Assembly: GCA_030264375.1 (NCBI GenBank)
Contig: JASCQW010000128.1
Location: 9,446,081-9,510,080, forward strand
Direction of reading: 5' to 3'
Length of the DNA stretch: 64,000 nt
Source of the DNA: Carcharhinus longimanus
Taxonomy: Eukaryota
A program made the position numbers and the translations under genes. Under the pieces are notes generated by a model. The model made no database searches, was not told the origin of the DNA, and saw only the letters and a list, made by a program, of their open reading frames with translations. Below, in pieces: positions 35,128-47,243 of this stretch (the first letter of the stretch is position 1; each line of letters opens with the position of its first letter).

Positions 35128-36530
35128 CTTTGGAGCTTGTTATTTTGCACTCACCAAGGCAAATGCGAGAAACCCAAATTTCAAACAATCACAACAATTT
35201 GTACTACAGGAGAAAAGGGGGCTAATTGGTTGCTAAATTGATTCTGGTTGGCCGAGATGTTGCCATGGAGAAAGTAACAACATTTCAGTGTTGGTGAGAT
35301 ACAAGTACCTGGGTCCTACACCCCCATGATTGACCAATCGAATCTCACAGTATGTTCCTGCGGTTGTTTGTAATTGGCTGAGTATAGACTCTGCTCAACC
35401 AGCCCTCGCTTGCAAAACACAAATGTCTGCTGTTAGACATGGTTCTGTATTGGGCAGCACTTGCTGAATAATCCTGAATGTGCTGATAGCCACAATCATT
35501 TACGATATTCAGTCAGGCTCAATAATGTGACTTATTTATACTTGCTAGCAGTGACATGCATTCATACACAGGAATCATCCTCTGTAAACAAAAGGAGTAT
35601 GTTCAAACCTTCTGCCATTTTTTCAATTACCCAGAAGCTTGGGGAGCCTGTAGTTCCCCATTGCTTTCTCCAAGACAATGCCTCAGCCAATCAAAATTGA
35701 TGTGCCAACTGATTGGCATCTTTTTCTCCTGGAGTATAAATTTCTCAGATCGTTTAAAATTTGGAATTCTTTTGTTTGCCCTGTTATGAAACCCACTAAT
35801 GTTCATTACGAGGGCATCCCAAATCCCCGAAGAGAAACTTGGAACACCAGTTCTTAACTATTTGCTTTTGTAATTTGGAAAAGAATATGAGAAAAGAGAT
35901 GCAACCTGGTGAGGAAAGAGTTAAGTCTTGTTGTAAGTTATTCAAATAACAAAACATTTATAAATGTTTAAAACACAGAACAAGAAAGATAACAATAAAG
36001 AACAACATTTACAATTAACTACAACAACCCAGACCATATACATAAATTGCCCCCCCAATTCAAATCTATCTACTTTCTCAAAGTCCAAAAATACACTTTC
36101 CCCAAAACAACACCCCATAGGTTTTAACAATGACCCAATCCAGCAAATAATTACTTCATCAGATCTCTAGCCTTCTTTTGAGAATCCTTCTTCTAGTTCA
36201 GAGTAGAATTCATGCGGTCTGACATAGACAGAATTCTGCTGTTTTCTTTACCTGCACAAATGCTTGATTTTCCTGAGAGTTCTCTGCCTTGCTTCTGGCA
36301 GGGCTATAACCTAGGTCCCTAGACTGTTAATCTTTGCTTTGCAAAGTATCTCTTTCACTCTGCTGCTCGGCGAATCTGCAACTCAGAAGTCCTCTGTGCA
36401 GCTAAATTCCTACCAGTTCCAGTGAAATCCAATTCTTTACTTTTAATTTCATTCCAACTTCCTAACAGTCCTGATGAGTGCAAGATGAAAAGCTTCAGCA
36501 ACATATCTCTGTTTCAGCAAAATTCAAGTT
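35128..36530. mobile_element. Penelope-like element with inverted ends, split by a solo LTR
   Basis: 35131-35186 is an inverted copy of 35752-35781 joined to 36468-36497 (cctgatgagtgcaagatgaaaagcttc, a hammerhead-like motif). Confidence 0.55.
35782..36467. mobile_element. Probable solo LTR (Gypsy-type termini)
   Basis: Begins TGTTA and ends TAACA, flanked by 4-bp gccc/gtcc (TSD with one mismatch). It interrupts a recognisable host repeat. Confidence 0.7.
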
Positions 36531-38134
36531 TTCCCAATTTATAATGCTTTATGTTGCAAACAAGCGAGGAGGAGAATGGGCCACACACAGCGCTGGAAAA
36601 TAAATGTCTTTTTTCAATATTAAATGTTCAGAGTAGTTGAATGATGAGATTCCTCCCCTAATAGTTATTAAGTATAAAGATTCACCATGAACAGAAGGAA
36701 ACAGTAGGTAAATAGTCTATTTTGTTCTTTGCTGAAGCTCCAACAATACACGGCTAGTTTTCTCCATTTCTCCATACATGTTCCACTTTTTAAAAGAGCT
36801 ATTCAATTAATTCCATTCCCTTGCTCATTTCCCGCAGCTTTTTTGTACTTTTCAACTATTTATCCAATTCCTTTTTGTAAATTACTTTGAAATCTACTTC
36901 CATCCTTTCAGGCAGTGTCTTCTAGATTGCAACAACTTATTGCAGGAAGAGAATTCTCACCACCTAGGCCATGTCATTTTGCCAATAATCTTAAACATGC
37001 ACTCTTCTGGTTACAGACCCCCATGCCAATGGAAGTAGTTTCTCCTGGCCTGCTCCTGCTCCTCACTGGTACGTTCATACATCCTCATTCATTCTGTCAA
37101 AACCCCACTTACTTTCGAGAATATGGACCTGCATTTTATTTTGAGCAGAAAAGATTTAAGGGAGAATGTTTTATTCAATCCAGAAGAGATCTTCAGTTTG
37201 AAGTTACTGGCCCAGGACTGGCATTAATTATGGAAATAAAATCTCTCACTCATGTCTGTGATTTGCAAGAGGAGAGTGAGCAAAGAATTTGATCCTGGCG
37301 GAGGTTTGTTGCTGGAGTTCAGGCTCGCACTATTCAAGGAGAGGTCAGGCCTCAAGTCATTTGAAAAAATGCAGGAGGTATAAACAGTCAGGTTAAGAAT
37401 GCCTTAAACAATGTGTAAAGCATTACAGAGTCATCACAGGGACAGAGGAATGTGTACAAATCTTTTGCTAGTTTCGCCTAATCAGACTGCAGCAGATTAT
37501 GGGTTGAGAGAAGGTCAGTGATTAAATGTTTCCTTCCCAGTCAAATTTATGAATCTGGAAATGGAGGGGACGGGATCTCTCGGGAAATGTGTGTGAGCTG
37601 CCGAGTGTGGGCCCTCCTCCCATCAACAAGGTATTCTGGGGAACCATGTCTATATTGAAGACTGTGGAGGATTGGAGGTCTAGGAAATAAGGTTGTTGAG
37701 TTCGATGACTAATTCTCTGCACTCCTCAATATCCAGAAGGATGAACAGTTCTGGATCAGAANNNNNNNNNNNNNNNNNNNNNNNNNNNNNNNNNNNNNNN
37801 NNNNNNNNNNNNNNNNNNNNNNNNNNNNNNNNNNNNNNNNNNNNNNNNNNNNNNNNNNNNNATCAGAAGCCTCAGAAGGTAGTCTCTGGTGTTGAGTCAG
37901 GGAGACAAATTAAGTGAGGTGAGAGAGTTTAGGGAAAGAACAGGAATATGGGACCATCCACAAGGGAAGCACAGAGACACAAGATGAGCAAACAGCATAA
38001 CTTCACATAGAAAATGCATTAAAAAAGACACATTTGGAAACAGACAGAGTGGGATTGCAGGGGAGAACAGCATCGAGGAATTGAGCTAAGACTGTTAAAA
38101 ATGTGCAGCAAAGCAAGGTATCTTTAATCCTTTC

Positions 38135-39575
38135 ACAGAATGTGAGCAGCATTGGTTAGGCTGTATTTATTGCCCCTCCTTAACTGCCCTTGAGAAAATG
38201 TTAGTGAGTGACTTCCTTGAACTGCTGTCCATAAGGTGTAGGTATACCCACTGTGCTGTTAGGGAGGGGGTTCCAGGATTTTGACCCAGTGACTGTGAAG
38301 GAACAGTGATATATTTCCAAGTCAGGATGGTGACTGGCTTGGAGGTGAACTTGCAGGTGGTGGTGTTCCCATGTACCTGCTGCCCTTGTCCTTCTAGATG
38401 ATAGAGGTTGTGAGTTTGGAAGATGCTGTGGATGAAGCCTTGGTGGGTTGATGCAGTACACCCTGTATATGGTACACACTGCTGCCATTGCATTGGTAGT
38501 GGAGGTAACAAATGTTTGAGACAATGGATGTGGTGCCAGTCAAATGGGCTGCTTTGTTCTGGATGTTCTATTTGCCTGGATGGAGCTGCACTCATCTAGG
38601 CAAATGGAGAGTATTTCATCACATTCTTGACTTGTGCCATGTAGATGGTGGACAGGCTTTGGGGAGTCAGGAGGTGAGTTATTCACCAGAGAATTGCCAG
38701 CCTCTGACCTGTTCTAGTGGCCACAGTATTTATATAGATGTTCAGTTTCTGGTCAATGGTAATGGTGATGGTTAGCTTCTCTTTTGTTGGAGATAGTCAT
38801 TGCCTGTCACTTGTGCACCAATAATACTACTTGCCACTTCTCGACCCAAGCCTGGATATTGTCCAGGTCTTGTTGCATTTGGAGATGGACTACTTCAATA
38901 TCTGTGGAGTCCTGAAGGGTGTTAAACATTGTGTAATCTTTTGCAAAAGTCCCCACTTCTGAGCTTATGATGGAGAGTAGATCATTGATGAAGCAGGTGA
39001 AGATGGTTGGGCCGAGGACACAACCTGAGGAACTTCGGCTGTGATGCCCCCCACCCCACCCCCCGTCTGGGATGACTGCGCGCCAAACTTCCTTTGTATT
39101 AAGTATGGCTCCAACCAGCGGCAAGCTTTCCCCCAGATTTCCACTGACTGCAGTTTTCCTATGGCCCCTTGATCTATACTCTGTCAAGTGCTGCCTTGGT
39201 ATCAAGGAATCTTCACTTTCACCTCACTCTTGAGTTCAGCTCCTTTGTTCATGTTTGGACCAAGACTGTGATGTGCTCAGGAACTGAGTGGCTCTGGTGC
39301 AACCCAAACTGAGCAATAAGCTGGTTATTTCTGAGTAAGTGCTGCTTGATAGCTCTNNNNNNNNNNNNNNNNNNNNNNNNNNNNNNNNNNNNNNNNNNNN
39401 NNNNNNNNNNNNNNNNNNNNNNNNNNNNNNNNNNNNNNNNNNNNNNNNNNNNNNNNGAGCAATAAGCTGGTTATTGCTGAGTAAGTGCTGCTTGATAGCT
39501 CTGCTTGTGACACTTGCCATCATTTTGCTGATGGAAAATCAGACTTATAGGTTGGCAATTGGCCAGGTTGGATTT
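38135..39575 (-). mobile_element. CR1-clade LINE family B with RT remnant
   Basis: ORF G.VLGPTIFTCFINDL.SII.SEVGTFAKD..MF...QQDLDNIQAWVEKWQV, upstream IKQHLLSNNQL, and the family-B tail. Confidence 0.85.
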
Positions 39576-40205
39576 CACCAGCTTTTGGTGGACAGTTTGA
39601 GATGCATCCAGAACAAACTCTGATCTTACATTTTATGTTGTTGATAGGGTGAGGATTGTAACATTCAATCACAATACATTTAAAAAAAAGGATGCAAAGT
39701 AGGGCATATCATAAAGGATAGAAACTGGTGTGCAAGGATAGGCTCTATAAACCAGGGCAGCTGTTATATTTTATATAAAACATATTAAGCTACAGGAAAT
39801 AATTAAAGTTTTATGTGGGGAAAAATAAAGCCTCTATGGATTGAGAAAGGGATTAAGATAAGGGTCAATAAGAAAGCAGTCACTCTGAACGGTACAGGTT
39901 ATCTAGTCAGAGTGAGACTATATTCCTGAGCTATAGGTTAAAAAGTATGAAGTTATCAGAACAACTCAACAAGAAGTTGGTGGTGTTGGTGGAGAGGTAG
40001 AGGTTATATATAATTTACAGCAAAGAGACCATGTGGGCCAAATGGTCTGTGCTGGTGTCAATCCTTCAAATCCTTCTCCCTACCTCACCAACTCCGATAA
40101 TACTGTGCAGGATAACCATTCAGGGAGTGATAGACCATTAAAACTATCTGTACAGACTGCTCAGCAGCACTGGGTAAAGGAACTGGAATCTTGGGTTGTA
40201 TGGCG

Positions 40206-40817
40206 CGTTATGATGACGGAGAAAAATACATGGAATTATATACTGCAATAGTAGACTTAAAAAAAACTTTGAGTTTTATATTTTAAAATAGACACAGAGA
40301 CTGAAGATAACTGAGAATGTACAGTTAGCCACTGACAGGATTGGCTGCAGGCTGTTACTCAAAGTTACAATGGAACCCCTCCCTATGTTTTCAGACAAGG
40401 TCTTTTTAAAAGCATCCAAAGACTGATCAGTCTCTCCCATAAAGACAAAGGAAGATGATGACTATCTTATCTAAGGGACCCTGAGTGATTATCCCTTAGA
40501 CAAACTGGTGGATTCTGGGTCCAGTGGAATACATAACGAAGGGGAGTAACTGCTTGCCTCGCTGGTACCTGTGTCAGTGTGTCTGCCCTGCCAGTCTGTG
40601 TGTGTGTGTCTGCCCTACCAATCTGTGTGCGTGTGTGTGTGTGTGTGTACGTGCGTGTGTGTGTGTATGTGCGTGTGTATGTGTTTGCTCTGCCAGTCTG
40701 TGTGTGTATGTGTCTGCCCTGCCAGTCTGTGTGTGTGTGTGTGTGTCTGCCCTGCCAGTCTGTGTGGGTGTGTGTGTCTGCCCTGCCAGTCTGTGTGTAT
40801 GTGTGTATCTGCCCTGC

Positions 40818-40852
<35 letters not shown>

Positions 40853-41424
40853 ATGCGCTGTGAAGAAATGCAGCTGAGAAAACTCACTCTCTGACTATGG
40901 AAATCACCCAGCCAGCAAAAAGGGATTGCAGCTGGACGGAGAACTCAAATATCTCTCCCAAACCATGGAACAGAAGAATCAACTATTCGCCAGCAGAGAT
41001 CAACAAGACTGGAATCAATCCATAACAGCTGCAATGGTTCATCATCCAATCCTCGCAACTCAAGAATTGTTCTGTATAACCTTTTTTTTATAGTTACTTA
41101 TTGTTGGACTCATTTCTTACTTGTTATCTGTGTGAATGTAGATGCATGTGTTTTACTATTTCTCTGTACCTTTTTAGCAGTTAATAAACTTATTCCATCT
41201 TAACTGTAGAAAACCTAGTTACACTGGCTCCTTTTTTAAAATAACTCTGGGGTCTGGAAAAGCTATCCAAGGGAAAGCGAACCTTGTTAGATTAAACCAT
41301 GTTGCCACAAGCAGAGAATGGGTTGAATAAAGATAGGGAGTCGGTCGGCCAGACGGTGACAAATTGAGGGGTCTCACCTGGATCAACAGCTTTTGGGGAA
41401 CCTCAACTGGGGCTGGTCGTAACA
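40206..41424 (+). mobile_element. Possible solo LTR containing a TG microsatellite
   Basis: Termini cGTTATGA ... TCGTAACA are imperfect inverted repeats, with internal AATAAA near 41183. No convincing TSD. Confidence 0.45.
40571..40852. repeat. Compound (TG)n microsatellite interspersed with tctgccctgccagtc units
   Basis: Directly visible, with about 7 units. Confidence 0.95.
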
Positions 41425-42534
41425 AATGCTAACAAGAGTAATCATTGGATGTGATGGGACAGTTAGCCCCATCTGAAGCTGTGTGTGGAGTTCTGATTGC
41501 TATAGAAGGAAGTATGTCTTTGCGCTAGAAAATGTAAGCCAGAGAGATCATAAAGCCTCAAAATGATACAATATAGAAGGCCCTTCAACCCATCATGCCT
41601 GTGCTAACCCATTGAAATAGCTATCAAATTAGGCCCATTCTCTAGCCCCATTCCCTACAGTCCTGCAGGTTTTTTCAATTCTCCATTGAAAGTTATTATT
41701 GAGTCTGTTTCTACCATCCTTTCAGTCAGTGCATTGCTCAAACAATATTCTCCCCATTCTTTTGCCAAGAAACTTATATCTATCACCTAGTATTGACACT
41801 TGTGCCTTGAAGCAGCTTCTCCGTATTTAGTCTGTTAGAATCCTTCATGATCTTTGTACCAAATAATAGCAAAATAAAACATTTGAGGTAAAAGGGGAGA
41901 GTGGAGAAATTAAGTTTGTTTATAACAGGGAAATCTGAGAAGGAGTTTTATTTAAGCATTCAAGTTCTTAAATTGGACACTAAGAAACTGCTTACCATGG
42001 CCCTGGGAACATCACTGGGGGAAGGGGCGGGAGGCATAGAATGCAGCTCAAGAGAGGGAGGATTACAGAGTGGTGAATGTTAAACGTTCAGGGAATTGGC
42101 AGAAGCAGGCAGCATCAGTAATTTAAAGAGGGGTTGGTGCGAATGAGAAAGTTAAGTGAGGGTAATGGGTAGTGAACCACATATCCTTTATTCTAACTAT
42201 GAGGCCTGTCAGATGAACCAAAATGTCCCTTTCTGGAACTACACATCCTTTAAGTAGCCTGTCTCTATAATTTGCACTATGATTTTAGAAGAAAAAAAGA
42301 ATAATGGCTTTCAAAGCCTTCCAAAGCAAGGCGAAAATGTGCTGAGTGTAGCAAGATGTGCATTCAGACTTGCCCATGTGTGGTATTTATGCTCAAGTGG
42401 TTAATCTGCTCTAGTTTAAATACTTTGATGGTTTTCGATGCAGCAGTAGCTCACCTATTGGTAAATAGTTCAAAATGGCGATGTGAGATTGAACTTACTG
42501 TGAAAGAGGGACAGTTGGAACTTGATTTCCAACT

Positions 42535-42848
42535 TAGAACCATAGAATCCCTGCAGTGTAGAAGGAGGCTATTCAGCCCATTGAGTCCTCACCAATAACA
42601 CTCCCACCCAGGCCCAATCTCTGTATTTACACCGCTAGTCCCCCCTGACACTAAGGGGCAATTTAACTTGGCCAACCAACCTAACCCACACATCTTTGGA
42701 CCGTGGGAGGAAATTGAGGCACCTGGAGGAAACCCACGCAGACACGGGGAGAATGTTCAAGCTCCACACAATCACCTGAGGCTGGAATTGAAGCCGGCTC
42801 CCTGGCACTGTGAGGAAGCAATGCTAACCATCGTGCTGCCGTGCCGCC
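42535..42848 (-). mobile_element. HE1-like V-SINE, tail A
   Basis: catagaatccctgcagtgtagaaggaggctattcagcccat ... gctaaccatcgtgctgccgtgccgcc. Confidence 0.9.
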
Positions 42849-43754
42849 CTCAGCAATCAAATTAGAAAGGCAGAAGAAGTCTAGCATGGTCATCAAAGGG
42901 GAGTTAACTAAGTAACCGATCTCCATGTGGGATCTCCCCGACAAGAGCAATNNNNNNNNNNNNNNNNNNNNNNNNNNNNNNNNNNNNNNNNNNNNNNNNN
43001 NNNNNNNNTTAATGACTGTTTTCAGCAGGGCTAAGGTACATCGAGTTCTGTTGTTTGACTAAAATAAATGCAAGATTGGGAGGGGGACCGGGGGATAGAA
43101 TGGTGCATCTAGCAATTATAATGTTTGTATGTTAGAAGTCAGAGTATCATTAAATACTGCATGGAGATCAATCAGGGCAAGGGGAAATTTAATAGATACT
43201 TAGCCTAGTTTTTCACTTCTGAAGATGCTCGCTAGTCCTGCTGCAGCTAAAGTTGGTTTAGTAGGTATAATTGCCGCTGGATTGCAGCAAGGATTAAGGC
43301 ACTTAAAGCTGATTGTGCTGCTCAACCCTATTCCACTAATTTCAGTATGGAAGTGGGGGAGGTCGTATGTGAATCACTGGCTCATATGTTTAATAGTTTA
43401 TTGAGGTCTGGGTTGGTTCCAATGGATTACAGGGTGCCTTTTGTGGTTTCATTATTGAAGAGGAAGAAATTGGACCCATCAGTGTTTCCTTTGTTGATTT
43501 TGGGATGTGGGCAACACTAGCAAAGCAGCATTTATGGTGGAAATAAAAACAGAAAACGTTTGAAAATGCTCCGCAGATCGGGCAGAGAAAGAAAAAGAAA
43601 GTTAAAGTTCCAGGATTATGGCTCTTCATTAAAACATCAACACAAATTCTGATGAAAACTTACTGAGTTGATGAGTTCATTTTAAAGGTGGGATTTAATC
43701 CTCAGACCCTGTCCTATCATCAACCACTGGGCTACCACGCCCAAAAAGACACCA

Positions 43755-43978
43755 GCTGGACAATTGTGAACAGTTTTGTTCCTTTTATCTAAGGAAAGAT
43801 GTACTGGGATTGGAGGCAGTCCAGAGATGGTTCACTAAGTGGATGCTGGCTATGGAGGGATTTTCTTATGAGAATAGGTTAATAAGATTGGGTCTGTGCT
43901 CACTGGAGTTTAGAAGAATGAGAGGTGAACTTATTGAGACATATAGGATTCTCAGGAGGCTTGACAGAGTAGATGTAG
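43755..43978 (+). mobile_element. CR1 ORF2 fragment
   Basis: LEAVQRWFT...GFSYENRLIRLGLCSLEFRRMRGELIETYRILRRLDRVD. Confidence 0.85.
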
Positions 43979-44175
43979 ACTCTAACCACTGCCCCTTGAC
44001 ATTCAATGGTGTTACCATCACTGAATCCCCCACTGTCAACATCCTTGGACAGGAACTCAAATTGACCAGAAATTCTCACCACGTAAACACAGTGGCTACA
44101 ACAGCAGTACAGAGGCTAGGAATACTGCAGCAAGTAACTCACCTCCTAACTCCCTGAAGCTTCTCCACCAGACAC
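43979..44175 (+). mobile_element. CR1-clade family B ORF2 fragment
   Basis: SNHCPLTFNGVTITESPTVNILG...VNTVATTAVQRLGILQQVTHLLTP, related to the family-B copy near 33000-33078. Confidence 0.7.
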
Positions 44176-45907
44176 AAGGATCCACCATCGTTCTGCTTCA
44201 TCATTGAGATGTTGTAACTCAAAGTGTGATGCTGCTTGATTGACAAGTCATTGCTGTTCAGAACAATTGGTAGCAACCTCCTCTCAGTCACTAATGTCAA
44301 TGCTGCTGTGTCTCAAGGAGCACTAAAGAGTGTCTTTGAAGTGTTTTCTTCGTCCTCCCCTAGAACATTGGCCACTTGAGAGTTGAAAAAATAGGACCTA
44401 GTGAGGAGATGCATTCAGCCATCCAGACACAGTATCTAGTCCATCAAAGTTGATTTGTTCCATGGTCCTCCCCTTGAATCTAAAGGATGTGGCAAAGGCA
44501 TTGCTGATGGACACTCTTCTGTGTTGCTGAAATCCAGTCCAGCTCTCACTGCCGTACAGAAGTGTGGTGGCAACTACTGCTCTTTACCAGGGGCTTTGTT
44601 GATTTGTGAAGGACTTTATTGTCAAACACTCACTGCTGTAGTTTGTAGGAAGCTGAGCTGGTGTTGGATCTCCTAATCAATGGTGGCCTTTGGAGAGGTG
44701 GCTGCCAAAGTATGGGAAGAGCTCAACAAATTCCAGAGTTTCTCCTCCAATATGGATGGGAGGTGAAATATTTGGCTGACCACGTATAGATTGATATATG
44801 AGTTTTGTTTTTAAGAATTTCTTGTTTGCAGAATTGATGAGTGATTTACAAATGTTTCAATGTAGGTAATGACATTGCGGTCACCTACAAACTGTAGACC
44901 ATGTATGTTTACGGTGATCAGTTTGGTTTTGGCTCAAAGGCAACTGAGGTTAAAGGTTTTTTCACCTGAATGGTATTTAATGCTGACACCTGAGGGCAGT
45001 TGATCTTTGATAAGGTGAATAGCCATGGTCAGACTATCATGCAGCCTTACTTGACCCAGTCTGGATTAAGCTGATTCCAGATCTCCCACTGATAACAGTT
45101 GCACTCATATCATCTTGGGACAATTCAAGGATTCTGATATAGCTTCTTGGGCACCCAAACCTTTGGAGCATGCTCCACAGAGCCATGCAATCTGTCAAAT
45201 ACTTTAGCCAGGTTGATGAACGCAATGCAGAGCTTTTAACATTTTTCTTGGTTTTGTCCAAGGTCTCCAATAAAGATCATGTCAGCAGTTGCTCTGGAGG
45301 ATCTAAGTCCACACTGTATCTCTGGGAGAATTTCCTCAGCTACTGAAAATAAACCAGTCAGGAGACTGCATGTCTAGATTTTTCCATTTTCACTGCTATA
45401 GCCAAAACAGAAATATCTCAAGTTCCGACAGCATGATTTATTTCCCTTTTTGAAGATGGTTACTATAGTCGCACTTCTGAAGTCATGGAGGAAGGAACAC
45501 ATGGGGCCACGACATCCTTGAAGTGGCAGTCAATGTAGCGTTACCGCTCTGTACCCACTCACCTGCGCTAAAATTCTGAAATGCTTGTCCAGCCCAACCT
45601 CCCCGACTCCAACTGGGTGAGCTACAGGCAGCACCACATGTCCCCGGCTCCAGCATCAAAGTTCAAAAGAAGTGGAGCAAAGGTTACACCCCATTTTTAC
45701 AGGACTAGGGCCTTTTTTTAAAACACCTTTTGGCTGTAACATTGATCTTCTTCCTCTTGGGCTTTTTCTGTTTGGAATGAATTGGTGCTAGGTGAATATG
45801 CAATATTTTGATCTTTGCATTTATCCTTCTTTTAGAGAGGGCCTTTGTTGTAATGAGGCCATCCTGCACGCTGTCAGTATGAGCAGGATGCTGTTTGCAT
45901 GGCTTTA

Positions 45908-46222
45908 CATAGAAACATAGGAAACAGGAGCTGGAGTAGGCCATACACCCCCTTTCTCATATCCTTTGATATGTTTAACATCTAGAAATATATCAATCTC
46001 TGTCTCGAATATACTTAGTGACTAAGCCTTCTCAGCTCTCGAGTCAAGAATTATCACTCACTAAGCAAAGTAATTTTGCCTTACCTCAGTTCTAAATGGT
46101 CTGTCCCTTATTCTGAGTGTCCCCTGGATCTAGGCCAACACCCGCCCCCAATCCCATCCCCAGGGAGAACATTCTTTCTGTACCTACCCTGTTGAGCCCT
46201 GTAAAAAATTTTGTACGTTTCA
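45908..46222 (-). mobile_element. CR1 3' end inserted in the RTE
   Basis: catagaaacataggaaacaggagctggagtaggccat. ORF LNRVGTERMFSL. Confidence 0.8.
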
Positions 46223-46260
46223 ATTTTCCCATCCCATTTTTCGCATCCAATCTTGGCATT

Positions 46261-47243
46261 AGAAGCCAATCAGTAAGGATAGGCAACAACACCTCCTCCA
46301 CAATCATCCTCAACAACACTGCTCCACAAGGCTGTGTCCTCAGCTCCTTACTGTACTCCGTAAACACCAATAGCTGTGTGGCCAAATTCCCCTCCAACTC
46401 GATTTTTAAGTTTGCTCATGATAGCGCAGTAATGAGTTGGATCTCAAACAATAATGAGACAGAGTACAGGAATGAGTTAGAGAATCTGGTGAGCTGATAT
46501 GGCAACAATAATCTCTCTCTCAACAACGAAACGAAGGAGATTGTCATTGACTTCAGGAATTGTAGTGGAGGGCATGCCTCCACATGGGAACAAAGTAGAA
46601 ATGGTCGCGAGCTTCAATTTTTTAGGTGTCCGGACCACCAACAACCTGTCCTGGTTCCCCCCATGCCGATACTAAACTTAAGAAAACCGATCAATGCCTC
46701 TACTTTCTCAGACTAAGGAAATTTAGCATGTCAGCTACCACTCACCAGCTTTTACAGATGCACCATAAAAAGCGTTCTTTCTGGTTGTATCACTGCTCTG
46801 CCCAAGACTGCAAGAAACTACAAAAGGTCGTGAATGTAGCCCAATCCATCATGCAAACCGGGCTCCCATCCACTGACTCAATCTACACTTCCTGCTGCCT
46901 CNNNNNNNNNNNNNNNNNNNNNNNNNNNNNNNNNNNNNNNCAGCCAGCATAACTAAGGACCCCACACACCCCTGACATACTCTCTTCCACCTTCTTCCAT
47001 TGGGGAAAAGACACAAAAGTCTGAGCTCACGTACCAACTCAAGAACAGCTTCTTCCCTGCTGCCATCAGACTTTTGAATGGATCTACTTTGCGCTAAGTT
47101 GATCTTTCCTTACAGCCTAGCTACGACTGTTACACTCTGCGCACTCTCCTTTCCTTCTCTATGAATGGTATGTTTTGTCTGTATAGCAAGAACTAATACT
47201 TTTCACTGTACACTAATACATGCGACAATAAATCAAATCAAAT
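46261..47243 (+). mobile_element. 5'-truncated Rex1/Babar LINE
   Basis: QSVRIGNNTSSTIILN.TAPQGCVLS.LLYS...SNSIFKFAHD..NETEYRNE, with tail gacaataaatcaaatcaaat. Confidence 0.9.

Noticed and set aside
40524-40894. Cys/Val and Thr/His repeat ORFs
   Set aside because: Translations of the TG microsatellite.
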